Origin: Acholeplasmataceae bacterium
GTDB lineage: Bacteria > Bacillota_I > Bacilli_A > Acholeplasmatales > Acholeplasmataceae
Length of the DNA stretch: 64,000 nt
NCBI GenBank assembly: GCA_963675245.1
Contig: OY775910.1
Location: forward strand, 448,001 to 512,000
Reading direction: 5' to 3'
In this document: positions 17,389 to 27,611 of the stretch, one piece after another
How the letters are laid out: each line of letters opens with the position of its first letter
Numbering within the stretch: the first letter of the stretch is position 1
The notes under the pieces: generated by a model
Told to the model about the DNA's origin: nothing
The model's input: the letters and a program-made list of their open reading frames with translations, nothing else
Databases searched by the model: none
Translations under genes and position numbers: made by a program

Positions 17389-19386
17389 TTATTTCGTTTC
17401 CGGTTTAATCGCTAGTTCTGGATTATTAAATCTAATCGCTTCTCTGATTTCTTTCATATAATCAGATTGCTCTTTCTTCTTCGCTTTTTTGTAAAGATAG
17501 TCATCAATACCTACAGCAGCTCTATGTCCATCTGAAACAGCTGTAATAATATCAGGACCTCTTAAAACGTCCCCACCAACAAATAGCCAATCAATACCTT
17601 CCACATGACCGTTTCCATCGGCTTTGATCTTGCCTCTTTCAATCGTCATCTTAGATGACAAGCTTTCTGGAAGATATGTGTAATCAGGTGCTTGACCGAT
17701 TGAGAAGAAAATTTGTTCTCCTTCTAGTAATGTGACATCTTCATCATCAAATTGAGGATTGAACCGTCCATCTTCATCAAAGACACATAAACACTTCTTG
17801 ACTTTAATGCCTTCAATGTTGCCATCTTTAATAATGATTTCTTGTGGACCACATCCAAAGTGATACGCGATACCTTCTTCGCCACCTTCGACATATTCAT
17901 CTTCATCAGCTGGCAAAATATCATAGGTTTCAAGGGACGTAAGTTTCACATCGACCTTACCATATTTAATCGTTTGTAGTCTTGCTAGGTTTCTAGCCAC
18001 GTCAAACGCGACATTACCACCACCAACAACCACTGCTGATTCTTTCACGGTAATATCTTCTAGTTTTAAGTCTCCTCGTGCAAAGTCTCTTGTGAGTGGT
18101 AAGAAATCCATCGCACCCATGACATCTTGGTGATCACTTCCTGGGATGTTAAGTTTTCTTGCACTAAAGAACCCAGTGCCTAAGAAGACAGCGTCATATT
18201 TTTCCTCTAATTCATCTAATGTGATGTCTTTACCCACTCTCGTGTTTAAATGAATATTCACGCCAATCTTTTTAATGAAGTCAATATCCTTTTGAACCGC
18301 GTAATCAGGAATACGATATTGTGGTGCACCAAAACTTGCGACACCACCTGCATGACTCTTTTCTTCAAAGACATCCACGTGATACCCTAAACCTCTTAAA
18401 TAATAAGCGGCACTTAAACTGGATGGCCCAGATCCGGCAATCGCGATCTTCGCGTCAATGACTTCAGAGACAGGTTCACTAAAGATCTTTTCATACATAT
18501 CATCAGGTGCAGAGTCAATAATATACCGCTTAAGCCATCTAATCGCGATGGCTTCGCCTCTTACAGCGATAGCGCAGGCAAATTCGCAGTTATGCGTACA
18601 TACCCTGCCACAAACCCCTGGAAGTGGGTTTGTCTCATAGACTTGACGTAAAGCCCCTTCTATGTCATCTTCCCAAATCGCTTTAATATACTGTGGTATA
18701 TGCATTTGCACAGGACATGATGCCGTACAGACACCGCATTCCACACAACGTGCGGCTTCCTGTTTCGCAAATTCCTTAGAATAACCACGAACCACTTCAA
18801 TATAACTCTTAACCCGTTCTTCTGGTTCAATGTGTGCCATTTCAACGCGTTTTAAATCAAGCAGATCTGTTTCTTCAGTTTTATGATAACCGCCTTCAAC
18901 TTTCATCTTTTCCCAAAGCTCATCAGGCATTAACACGAAATTATCTGGATCAGAATCCGCGTAAATGTATTCTTTTGACATTTGAAGAGATTCTGTCGTG
19001 CATGTGTCCACACATAACCCGCAGAAACAACATCTACCATAATCAATCACTGGACGCACTTGATGCTTACCCGCGACTAACGGTAAGTCTGTTCGTTCAA
19101 CCATTGTAATCGCGTCTGTTGGACAAATGTCTTCACATGTCCCACAACCAATACATTTCGTCCAATCATTCGTGTGAAAACCACGAAGATTATCCGGTGC
19201 GGTTCTAGGGTTAGCGTTTTCTAATTTTTTCTTTCTAAAAGGATGGGTCTTACGAAGGTAAGCCGCATTTCTTTCAGTAAAGATCGTATTGAGTTCATGT
19301 GACACAGGTGCTCTAAATAGGTATTTAAATAATCTAAACGGTCTAAATATACTCGGTTTTGGATATTTCTTGTTTTTATCGTCCAT
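17389..19386 (-). CDS. NuoI/MbxN-like 2x[4Fe-4S] subunit fused to a GltD/NfnB-like FAD/NAD(P) oxidoreductase
   Basis: CIGCGTCEDICP and CCFCGLCVDTC (NuoI-like); EAARCVECGVCTASCP, CGRVCTHNCEFAC, GSGPS, GGGNVAFD, VGGDV (GltD-like). Confidence 0.9.
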   Translation of the reverse strand: MDDKNKKYPKPSIFRPFRLFKYLFRAPVSHELNTIFTERNAAYLRKTHPFRKKKLENANPRTAPDNLRGFHTNDWTKCIGCGTCEDICPTDAITMVERTDLPLVAGKHQVRPVIDYGRCCFCGLCVDTCTTESLQMSKEYIYADSDPDNFVLMPDELWEKMKVEGGYHKTEETDLLDLKRVEMAHIEPEERVKSYIEVVRGYSKEFAKQEAARCVECGVCTASCPVQMHIPQYIKAIWEDDIEGALRQVYETNPLPGVCGRVCTHNCEFACAIAVRGEAIAIRWLKRYIIDSAPDDMYEKIFSEPVSEVIDAKIAIAGSGPSSLSAAYYLRGLGYHVDVFEEKSHAGGVASFGAPQYRIPDYAVQKDIDFIKKIGVNIHLNTRVGKDITLDELEEKYDAVFLGTGFFSARKLNIPGSDHQDVMGAMDFLPLTRDFARGDLKLEDITVKESAVVVGGGNVAFDVARNLARLQTIKYGKVDVKLTSLETYDILPADEDEYVEGGEEGIAYHFGCGPQEIIIKDGNIEGIKVKKCLCVFDEDGRFNPQFDDEDVTLLEGEQIFFSIGQAPDYTYLPESLSSKMTIERGKIKADGNGHVEGIDWLFVGGDVLRGPDIITAVSDGHRAAVGIDDYLYKKAKKKEQSDYMKEIREAIRFNNPELAIKPETK

Positions 19387-19396
19387 GTTAGCCTCC

Positions 19397-20503
19397 CTAC
19401 CTATCTATCTCAGGGGAACAGATCCCCATCGTATCTACCCAAAGGGCAGCGTCATCAATTCTCGTACCTGGTAAGTATTTTTCAATACCGAGTAACCCTT
19501 GTGGGTAACTCGCACCTCTGACACCCACACGATATGGGTAAGTCCCACCATTTGATACCATATAGTATCCGAATTCACCACGACTGGATTCAATCGGTGA
19601 ATAGACATATCCTTTAGGTACTGTCCAACGCATCGATTGACCACGTTGTGGTTTCACTCTGACAGGACCTTCAGGCATCTTAGCTATACATTGTCTAATA
19701 ATATGAATGGATTGCTGGACTTCTTTAAGTTTAATATCAAGTCGTGCTCTTGCATCACTATAATCAGATGTCGGTACGTCAAAGTCCACTTGATCATATT
19801 TCGCATAAGGCATGACTTTTCTTAAGTCATTTTTCTTGTTTACTGCTGAACGCATCCCAATACCAGTCACACCTAATTCCCAAACGACTGATTCAGGTAA
19901 CATAATCGTATCTTTAATACGTTTAATTAACGTCGCGTTATCAATCCCTAAATCGCGATATTCAGATATTCTTGATTCTAAACCTTTCAAGAAATCAAGA
20001 ATCTCTGCGTCAATGCCTTTAGGCAGATCCATACGAACACCACCAATCACGATGTATTGGTGATAAACCCTCGCACCTGTAATTTTCTCAAAGATATCAA
20101 GAATTAAGTTACGATCAACGTGTGCGTGATACATCAAGGTATAGTTACCTGTTGGACCACCACATCCACCGTAAGCCATTAAATGTGCAGAAATTCTTGC
20201 AAGTTCTAAGATAATCATACGAATCCAATGGGCTCTTTCAGGTATGTCTAACTTTAAGAGTTTTTCAGCCGCTAACGCGAACGCCATTTCATTGATATCT
20301 GGTTCTGGTACGCAGACTCTAGGAATTAAAGAAATGTTTTGAACCCAAAGTTTCTTTTCCATGGCTTTTTCAAAGCCCCTGTGTAACATACCAGGCAGTA
20401 AATAACTTCTTTTGATGATATCGCCATCAACGAACATATGAACAGATGCGTTTCCGTGCATCCCAGGATGTTGAGGTCCTAAAAACAATTTCATTTCTTT
20501 CAT
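19397..20503 (-). CDS. NuoD/MbxL-like catalytic subunit
   Basis: LGPQHPGMHG, HRGFEK, PRVCVPEPD, ESSRGE, C-terminal ICSPEIDR; no NiFe CxxC pairs. Confidence 0.9.
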   Translation of the reverse strand: MKEMKLFLGPQHPGMHGNASVHMFVDGDIIKRSYLLPGMLHRGFEKAMEKKLWVQNISLIPRVCVPEPDINEMAFALAAEKLLKLDIPERAHWIRMIILELARISAHLMAYGGCGGPTGNYTLMYHAHVDRNLILDIFEKITGARVYHQYIVIGGVRMDLPKGIDAEILDFLKGLESRISEYRDLGIDNATLIKRIKDTIMLPESVVWELGVTGIGMRSAVNKKNDLRKVMPYAKYDQVDFDVPTSDYSDARARLDIKLKEVQQSIHIIRQCIAKMPEGPVRVKPQRGQSMRWTVPKGYVYSPIESSRGEFGYYMVSNGGTYPYRVGVRGASYPQGLLGIEKYLPGTRIDDAALWVDTMGICSPEIDR

Positions 20504-21081
20504 TGTTTCTTACCTCCACTTCTTAGACTTTCAGCACGTTTCGCTCTTTCTTCACGTTTCGCTTTACGCTTATTATCAGGGCTACTGACTTCATAATCAT
20601 GTTTTGGTTCTCTAGATGGATATTTCTTATCACTATACGCTTTAGAATCAAAATCTTTTCTTAAGGGGGGGATGTCATCCCAACCTTCCAAAATTAATTG
20701 CTTATGATACTCAGGATTTCCTGGGAATTTGATACCAAAAAATTCATGTGCTTCTCTTTCGTAATACTTAGCCCCTGGATAGATTGGCATAATGGTTGTT
20801 ACTTCAGGGTTTTCTCGATCGATCTTAGATCTGACTTGCACATAAACAGGTTTATCCCAATTAAAGACGATATAGACTAATTCAAATTGGTTGTCATCAA
20901 TCCAATCAACCGCGCTTAAATAAGAGAGTTGTTTCCAACCGGCTTGTTTTAAGGTGGTGAGTAAGACGTGAATATCTTTTTTCTCAATTTCAAACGCGAT
21001 TTGACCTTGATCAATCACATCGACTAACTTAGGCGTGATTGTCTTTTCAACGAGGTCTTTCACAAACGCTTGATTACTCAT
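20500..21081 (-). CDS. NuoC/MbxK-like subunit
   Basis: LSAVDW, YEREAHEFFGIKFPG, PPLRKDF; ATG at 21081 overlaps the upstream stop. Confidence 0.9.
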   Translation of the reverse strand: MSNQAFVKDLVEKTITPKLVDVIDQGQIAFEIEKKDIHVLLTTLKQAGWKQLSYLSAVDWIDDNQFELVYIVFNWDKPVYVQVRSKIDRENPEVTTIMPIYPGAKYYEREAHEFFGIKFPGNPEYHKQLILEGWDDIPPLRKDFDSKAYSDKKYPSREPKHDYEVSSPDNKRKAKREERAKRAESLRSGGKKQ

Positions 21082-21652
21082 GCCATTCGTCATGAACATC
21101 CACCTCCCCAAGTGCCGTCTTCTGGTTTTCTTTATACCACGCATTATTCTCATGATATTTCTTCCAACCATTCGCGGTCTTATGTTTAATACCTTGCATC
21201 AGATCAACAAATCCATTTAACACAGATTCAGGATTTGGCATACATCCAGCGACATAAACATCAACAGGAATATACTGATCAAGTTGATTGATGACGGCAT
21301 GTGAATCATGATAGATCCCACCATTAATCGGACATGACCCAAGTGCGACGACATATCTAGGTTCACTCATTTGTTCATACGTATAAATAAGTCTTCTTAA
21401 TGTCTTTAAAGATAGATAACCAGACACCAATAATATATCTGCTTGTCTAGGGGTTGCCATAGGTCCCATACCAAGACGTTCCATATCATAAGCGGATGTC
21501 ATTGACGGTGGTAATTCAATCGCGCAGCACCCTGTACAATACATGAGTAACCACAACGAATTTCTTCTAAAGAAATCGCCAACTTCCCACCATTTACGAT
21601 CTATTTCGGCTTTTGTTAATTTTTCTACTGGACTAAATTTTGTACTTTTCAT
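21074..21652 (-). CDS. NuoB/MbxJ-like Fe-S subunit
   Basis: CTGCCAIE, PRQADILLVSG, GSCPINGG, DVYVAGCMPNPE. Confidence 0.92.
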   Translation of the reverse strand: MKSTKFSPVEKLTKAEIDRKWWEVGDFFRRNSLWLLMYCTGCCAIELPPSMTSAYDMERLGMGPMATPRQADILLVSGYLSLKTLRRLIYTYEQMSEPRYVVALGSCPINGGIYHDSHAVINQLDQYIPVDVYVAGCMPNPESVLNGFVDLMQGIKHKTANGWKKYHENNAWYKENQKTALGEVDVHDEWHE

Positions 21653-21653
21653 A

Positions 21654-22565
21654 TTAGATCACCCATCCTAAATAGATTGCTATGACGGCTTGAACAACCG
21701 CCATGGCGAGTGGCCACTTGTAGAAGAATGTGACGACTTGGTCAATCTTGAACCTGCCATTCACGTTACTAATCAAATTCACCACGGTATAAACCACTGC
21801 GTACTTCAATATAAATTCAAATATGTTAGATGCCCCACCTAAGAATAAGTGGACAAATAAACTCACTTCAATAAACACAGATATTTCATGGAGGATGAAT
21901 AACATCCCTAATTGCTTACCACCATATTCCACCATCGGACCAGACGCGATTTCCGCTGGTGCGATATAGGTTTCAAATGGTTTCTTACCAAGCATACCCA
22001 TGAGCGCTAAGACACCAACGATACCACCAAGCGGTAACGCGATGATAAACCAGTTATGACCTACTTCTTGTTGGTATAACATGATCTCTGTTAATGAACT
22101 ATGACCAGATAAGTTAATAATCGTCATCACGACAATCAAGAACGGTACTTCATAAGCCATCATGGTCGTTAAGGCACGCATCACACCAACGCTTGCCCAA
22201 GGATTTCCAGAGCCGCTTGCTGACATCGCCATCCCTAACATACCAACCGCTAATAAATAGACGAAGATGAAGAAATTATCATAGTTCTCAAATGCTAAAA
22301 TACGTGACGTGATTGGCATGAACATCGCTGTCGCGATGATACCGCCAAGTGCCATAATGACACCAAAATCAAAGATCCAACCATGACTCACACTACGTTT
22401 ACTTAAGAGCTTAAAGATATCGATGAATTCTTGATACCACCTTGGACCTTGTCTCTTCTGAAGTCTTCCTATGATCTTACGATTAATCCCACCTAATGAT
22501 GTTTGTAAGACAAACCCGAATAATGCGACGCCTAATCCTATTAATATATTTATAAGTAATGTCAT
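21654..22565 (-). CDS. NuoH/MbxM-like membrane subunit
   Basis: RKIIGRLQKRQGP, MAYEVP, KKPFE...EIASGPMVEYGG; ATG at 22565 in an ATGA overlap. Confidence 0.9.
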   Translation of the reverse strand: MTLLINILIGLGVALFGFVLQTSLGGINRKIIGRLQKRQGPRWYQEFIDIFKLLSKRSVSHGWIFDFGVIMALGGIIATAMFMPITSRILAFENYDNFFIFVYLLAVGMLGMAMSASGSGNPWASVGVMRALTTMMAYEVPFLIVVMTIINLSGHSSLTEIMLYQQEVGHNWFIIALPLGGIVGVLALMGMLGKKPFETYIAPAEIASGPMVEYGGKQLGMLFILHEISVFIEVSLFVHLFLGGASNIFEFILKYAVVYTVVNLISNVNGRFKIDQVVTFFYKWPLAMAVVQAVIAIYLGWVI

Positions 22566-24382
22566 AAGATTACACCCCACAATAACAAGATGATGATCAC
22601 AACAATCCAAATGAGTGTCGATCCAATATATTTATTCATGAATAGGTATTTACTCAAAGCCCCTAATTCTTTAACCTTCTTCTTTAATGCCTCATAAAAG
22701 ACCGTCATATAATGCGAATGTTTTTCATACAGTCTTTCAAGTGGCGCATAAAAATCTACACTGTAATGAAGCAGATGGGAATCATGCACGAAGTTCGCTG
22801 CCGTATATGTATCCATTAAATCCACTTTTCTTGATCTCTTTAAGACGATGAAAATGATAAACGCAACAATCACACCCACCATAAAGACCAGTGAGATGAG
22901 CGCTGGATTTAAGATACCGTTATATCCTTGTATCTCATAGGTCGTGACAACCAGTGCCGGATATCCCATTTCTGCAATCACGTTATTAATATAGTTTAAG
23001 ATGCCTGCAGGGAATATCCCTGTATATAAATTCGCACCCATTAAAATGAATGTTGGAATTAACATGAGAAGCGGTGCTTCTTTGATGCCTTTATATTCTT
23101 TGAATTCTTGACCTAAGAATAATGCAGCGAGTGGCCTAAACACATATAGAAATGATCCTATGCTACCAAAGAACACGGCAATCCCTACAAAGACTAATCC
23201 CTGATTAATCACCGCTTGGAAGATGAGCCATTTCGAGATGAACCCACCCATTGGCGGAATCCCAGCCATCGAGATAATCGCGATCAAATACGCCAAATAC
23301 GTGATCGGCATTCTGTGAATCATCCCACCGAGCTCTTTCATCTTCGTCGTACCTGCTGCTCTACCCACAGCTGCGATCGCCATGAATGCTGCAGCACTTG
23401 CTAAGGCATGCGCTAGAATATGATAGAACCCACCAGCAAACGCGATTTCATTCATTAAACTAAACGCGACTAAAATATAACCACCATGACTCATGGATGA
23501 ATAAGCGAGTAATTTCTTCGCGTCATCTTCCTTAATCGCCATCAGTGTCCCAAAGACGATGGATACACTACCTAATATCGCCACCACATATTGACCAATC
23601 GGTAAACCAATTGGATCAAACACACCGGTTGCAGGTATGATTCTAATGAGTGCTAAAACACCAATGAACGCACCTAACTTAACGAGTGCACCTGATAAGA
23701 CAGGTGAGAATGGATGAGGTGCATTCCCATGCGCAATCGGTAACCACACATGAAGCGGGAAAGCCCCTAGCTTAGCGAATGCCGCCACCAAGAACGTAAT
23801 GAACACAACCAGTGCACTCGTTCCTGACAAGCCCGCTAAACTATCTGCAATATCCATGGTTCCTGTAGCTTGATATGCAACAAAGATACCAACGAGCATA
23901 GCGACTGAACCCGTCACGCTAAACCCATAATAGGTCACAGCTGCTTTCACGCTCTTACCCATAGGGATTAAGAACATCGTTGACCAGATAATCAGTTCAA
24001 AGAAGAAAAACAGTTGAATGAAATTATCGGTGAAGAATGCTCCCATGATGCCTGCTAAACTCAATAAGAATAACATGTTATAACTGTTTTTATATTTATA
24101 TTCATTTAAGTAATACGGATGGAAGAAACTCACCATCAAATAAATGAAGACGATAATCACAGAGAAATAAAACCCTAAATAAGTTTGTGTAAATGTGAAT
24201 GGTACATAGAGAGTTTCCTCAACAAGATTCATACCAAATCCATAACCAGCTAAAGAGATAAACACAAACAGTGTCGCGAAGATCGTAAATACCGAACCAA
24301 CAAATGTATGGAGCTTCGTCAGTAGATAACTAACAAGTGACGCACCTACTAAGAATAAAATCAAATATTCAATACTAGCCAT
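22562..24382 (-). CDS. MrpD/NuoL-like proton-conducting subunit (MbxH')
   Basis: FFFFEL, KLGAFPLHVWLPIAH..AP.PFSPVLSG, KKLLAYSSMSH, GIPPMGGFISKW. Confidence 0.9.
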   Translation of the reverse strand: MASIEYLILFLVGASLVSYLLTKLHTFVGSVFTIFATLFVFISLAGYGFGMNLVEETLYVPFTFTQTYLGFYFSVIIVFIYLMVSFFHPYYLNEYKYKNSYNMLFLLSLAGIMGAFFTDNFIQLFFFFELIIWSTMFLIPMGKSVKAAVTYYGFSVTGSVAMLVGIFVAYQATGTMDIADSLAGLSGTSALVVFITFLVAAFAKLGAFPLHVWLPIAHGNAPHPFSPVLSGALVKLGAFIGVLALIRIIPATGVFDPIGLPIGQYVVAILGSVSIVFGTLMAIKEDDAKKLLAYSSMSHGGYILVAFSLMNEIAFAGGFYHILAHALASAAAFMAIAAVGRAAGTTKMKELGGMIHRMPITYLAYLIAIISMAGIPPMGGFISKWLIFQAVINQGLVFVGIAVFFGSIGSFLYVFRPLAALFLGQEFKEYKGIKEAPLLMLIPTFILMGANLYTGIFPAGILNYINNVIAEMGYPALVVTTYEIQGYNGILNPALISLVFMVGVIVAFIIFIVLKRSRKVDLMDTYTAANFVHDSHLLHYSVDFYAPLERLYEKHSHYMTVFYEALKKKVKELGALSKYLFMNKYIGSTLIWIVVIIILLLWGVIL

Positions 24383-25751
24383 GCATCATCACCTGCCTTA
24401 CATGATCCACCAAATCATTCAACTCATAGAGTGGTGTGATATATACACCAAGCACAACTAACGCTAGTCCAATAACAACAAATACTATCTTAAACGACCA
24501 GTGGTACTTCACTTGAATATCATGTTCACCTTTATACCATAACTTCACAAGTAACTTGATGAAGTATATCCCTTCAATGACAGACGCTACTAGTATAAGA
24601 ACGACTAACCATATGTGGTCATAATCAGCTAATAACATTAAGAAATTTAGTTTAATGTTAAATCCAACAAATAGCGGTAATCCCATGACGCTTAATGCAG
24701 CGATCGTAAATGTGACACCAACGACCTTATTATGAGCAAATAACCCTTGTAAAGCGTGTGTCTCATCACTACCTACTTCTTTTGTCGCTTTATTGATGAC
24801 TAAGAATAAAACGGTTTTACTCACAGCATTCGCGACAATTAAGTAAACTGCCCAAATGATAATGCCATTCACAAATAACAACGCAACAATACTCGCTTGA
24901 GCCACACTGCTAAATAATAGAATTTCTCTCGTCTTACGGGATGCAAATGCCATCACATCACCCAAGATGATACCCACCACAAGAATGATCGTAACGACCA
25001 TTAACAAGGTGCCTTCGAATGCGAATAAATTCGTAATCAGTCTTCCTAAGACAAAACTCATCGCAGCTGCGTATACCCCTGCAATCATTGGACCAGATAA
25101 TGTATTAGAATTGCCTAATACACCTTTGACCCATGCATTAAATGGTAAGAGTTTCGCTTCTACGCCTAACCCGATAAACATCATTGAAAAAGGTAGAATC
25201 AATTGTTGATAGTTTCCAACAGCTTGAATCTTTTCAATCATATCGACCATATTGAGTGTACCAAACATGGCATATAAGATAATAAGTCCAAACAAGAATA
25301 ACGAACTACCAATCGCACCTAAAACCAAATAATGAAATGTACTCACTAACTTCTTATTCGATGCTGAAATCAAATAAGCAGCAATGCCTGATATTTCTAA
25401 GAACACAAATAAATTAAATAAGTCATTGGTCAACATCAAACCACTTAATCCCGCCATCGCAAGCAACATCACGCTTGCAAACTTTTCATATGCTTTAAAG
25501 TTAAGTACCGCGATCACTAAGATTAATGCATTCACTAAGATTAACCCTAGTCTTGCATACATATCAACAAGTAAGTTAATACCTAAAGGTTGATCAAATC
25601 CACCAATGATATAAAAGCCATCATTTAAGAAAAACAACAACACCACATTAAAGAGTCCCACCAATATAAGTAAATAAGGAGCAAGCTTCTTAACGATAAT
25701 AGCGATGAATGCGGCAAGCAACGGTATGACAATTAACAATATAGCGCTCAT
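24375..25751 (-). CDS. MrpD-like antiporter subunit (MbxH)
   Basis: TNDLFNLFVFLEI, EAKLLPFNAW, MGLPLFVGF. Confidence 0.88.
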   Translation of the reverse strand: MSAILLIVIPLLAAFIAIIVKKLAPYLLILVGLFNVVLLFFLNDGFYIIGGFDQPLGINLLVDMYARLGLILVNALILVIAVLNFKAYEKFASVMLLAMAGLSGLMLTNDLFNLFVFLEISGIAAYLISASNKKLVSTFHYLVLGAIGSSLFLFGLIILYAMFGTLNMVDMIEKIQAVGNYQQLILPFSMMFIGLGVEAKLLPFNAWVKGVLGNSNTLSGPMIAGVYAAAMSFVLGRLITNLFAFEGTLLMVVTIILVVGIILGDVMAFASRKTREILLFSSVAQASIVALLFVNGIIIWAVYLIVANAVSKTVLFLVINKATKEVGSDETHALQGLFAHNKVVGVTFTIAALSVMGLPLFVGFNIKLNFLMLLADYDHIWLVVLILVASVIEGIYFIKLLVKLWYKGEHDIQVKYHWSFKIVFVVIGLALVVLGVYITPLYELNDLVDHVRQVMMHG

Positions 25752-26083
25752 GATTCATCCCCCATTTCATCCAGTTCAAATGTTTTATGAACCTTGTGGA
25801 TATAATTAGCAATCGCTAGCGCGAGTGCGGTTGTTCCAACACCAATCACAATCGCGGTTAACACGAGTGCTTGAGGAATCGGATCAACATAGATTAACCC
25901 ATTTCCAGTTGTACTTGTCAATATAGGTGCGATACCATCATATGTAAACCCAATACTAATAATGAAAATATTTAATCCTAGTTCCATCACATTTAATGAA
26001 ACAATAATCTTAATCACGTTTTTGTTAATAAATAATCCATAGAGGCCTAAAACAAATAATAAGATAGCTGCGTATTGTATCAT
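25748..26083 (-). CDS. MrpC/MnhC-like subunit
   Basis: DPIPQALVLTAIVIG. Confidence 0.92.
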   Translation of the reverse strand: MIQYAAILLFVLGLYGLFINKNVIKIIVSLNVMELGLNIFIISIGFTYDGIAPILTSTTGNGLIYVDPIPQALVLTAIVIGVGTTALALAIANYIHKVHKTFELDEMGDES

Positions 26084-26790
26084 GATAAACCCTCCTCTGT
26101 TAAGAAGTTATCGACGATACCAGCGATTTCACTACCGACCTTCAGCCCAATTAAAATATAAATAATTGGTATAATACCGGCACTTAATAAATCACCTACT
26201 GTACCACTAGGTAGGAAGTTCTGTAAAAAGTATGTGGCTAACACTAACCCCAGTAATCCGATGACTACAAATAAACTACCTGCAATACCTTCTAATATCT
26301 TAAAGCCTTTGACATTACTTCTAAATTGATCATCTGCTAAATATAACAATAAGACCGCACTCGCGATAATCGCACCACCCGGAAAACCACCACCAGGAGT
26401 CAAATGACCATGAGCAATGATATATAAACTCACTACTAAAATCACGCTAAAGATAATTCTTGAACCCACTCTTAGCATGAAATTAGGTTTAAACTTAAGA
26501 TCTAATCTCGTTTGGTTTTCTCCACCAAACATCATCGCGACACCAAGTGCACAGATGAATAACACCGTCACTTCCCCTAACGTATCTAATCCTCGATAAC
26601 CAACGACGATTGCTGTCACGATATTCGCAGCACCAACCAATGCAACATGTTCATCTGTAAAATACAAACTTGAGACACGATCATTTAAATCAACATCACC
26701 AAATGCAGGAAATGAAGGCGCATCTGCTAACGCTAAAATGATGAGTACACCTAATGTCACTGCTACCAATAAGCCAACGACTTTTCTCAT
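26080..26790 (-). CDS. MrpB/MnhB-like subunit
   Basis: NIVTAIVVGYRGLDTLGEVTV, GHLTPGGGFPGG. Confidence 0.92.
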   Translation of the reverse strand: MRKVVGLLVAVTLGVLIILALADAPSFPAFGDVDLNDRVSSLYFTDEHVALVGAANIVTAIVVGYRGLDTLGEVTVLFICALGVAMMFGGENQTRLDLKFKPNFMLRVGSRIIFSVILVVSLYIIAHGHLTPGGGFPGGAIIASAVLLLYLADDQFRSNVKGFKILEGIAGSLFVVIGLLGLVLATYFLQNFLPSGTVGDLLSAGIIPIIYILIGLKVGSEIAGIVDNFLTEEGLS

Positions 26791-27038
26791 TTCGCATCCC
26801 TCCTTCTCACTGATAACAACGTAAACACAAATAACGATGTCACCAAACCACTACCAATTACTGCTTCAGTAATCGCGACATCTGGTGCTTTTAACATGAC
26901 AAAGGATACAACAGCGAGCATACTTAATGCTGATAGATACAGCACTGATTTAATCAGTTTCTTTGAATTCACAGCCATAAACGCCATCACTAAAAGTAAC
27001 ACACCAATCACGATCGATACAATATCAAAAAATGTCAT
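26787..27038 (-). CDS. DUF4040 / MbxD-like small subunit
   Basis: APDVAITEAVIGSG. Confidence 0.88.
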   Translation of the reverse strand: MTFFDIVSIVIGVLLLVMAFMAVNSKKLIKSVLYLSALSMLAVVSFVMLKAPDVAITEAVIGSGLVTSLFVFTLLSVRRRDAK

Positions 27039-27355
27039 GACTGATCACCTCGATCCTTTAAATCATCTTGAACAAGATTATCAGGAATTAAGTTTGCGTT
27101 ATAAGTCGCTTTCGCAATCACACTCGATCCAATCGGATTAGAGATCACAATAAATAAAATAATGACAATAATCTTAAATGTCCATTCCGGTTGTTGGAAA
27201 GCCACACCAATCAAGAATGAGAAAGCACCAAGTGTGGTCGCTTTTGTTCCTGCTTGAATACGGTTAAACGTATCTGGCATTCTAAGTACACCTAATCCGC
27301 CAAGAAAGAAAAAGAGTGCACCAATGATTAAGAACACATAACTAGTGATCAACAT
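27035..27355 (-). CDS. MrpG/MnhG-like subunit
   Basis: GVLRMPDTFNRIQAGTKATTLG; likely ATG at 27355. Confidence 0.9.
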   Translation of the reverse strand: MLITSYVFLIIGALFFFLGGLGVLRMPDTFNRIQAGTKATTLGAFSFLIGVAFQQPEWTFKIIVIILFIVISNPIGSSVIAKATYNANLIPDNLVQDDLKDRGDQS

Positions 27356-27611
27356 GATGTTTACCCTCCAAATATCTAGCGAATACAACCGTTTCTAAAA
27401 ACGCTAAAATCGCATATACAATCGCGATGTCCAAATAGAGGTTACTTTTAAATAATAAGGCTAAAGCAGCAATCACACCAATAACAATCATATTGAATGT
27501 ATCTAATGCTACAACCCTGTCACTTAACTTTGGACCTATAATCAATCTAATGACTGTAAATAAAACACCTAATCCCATGAGTGAGAATACGATATAATCT
27601 ATCCATTCCAT
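27342..27611 (-). CDS. MrpF/MnhF-like subunit
   Basis: RLIIGPKLSDRVVALD, YLDIAIVYAILAF. Confidence 0.9.
   Translation of the reverse strand: MEWIDYIVFSLMGLGVLFTVIRLIIGPKLSDRVVALDTFNMIVIGVIAALALLFKSNLYLDIAIVYAILAFLETVVFARYLEGKHHVDH

Noticed and set aside
19397..21652. Calling the operon a group-4 [NiFe] hydrogenase or canonical complex I
   Set aside because: The large subunit lacks both CxxC Ni-binding pairs, there are no nuoA/nuoEFG or maturation genes in the operon, and it carries a full Mrp module.
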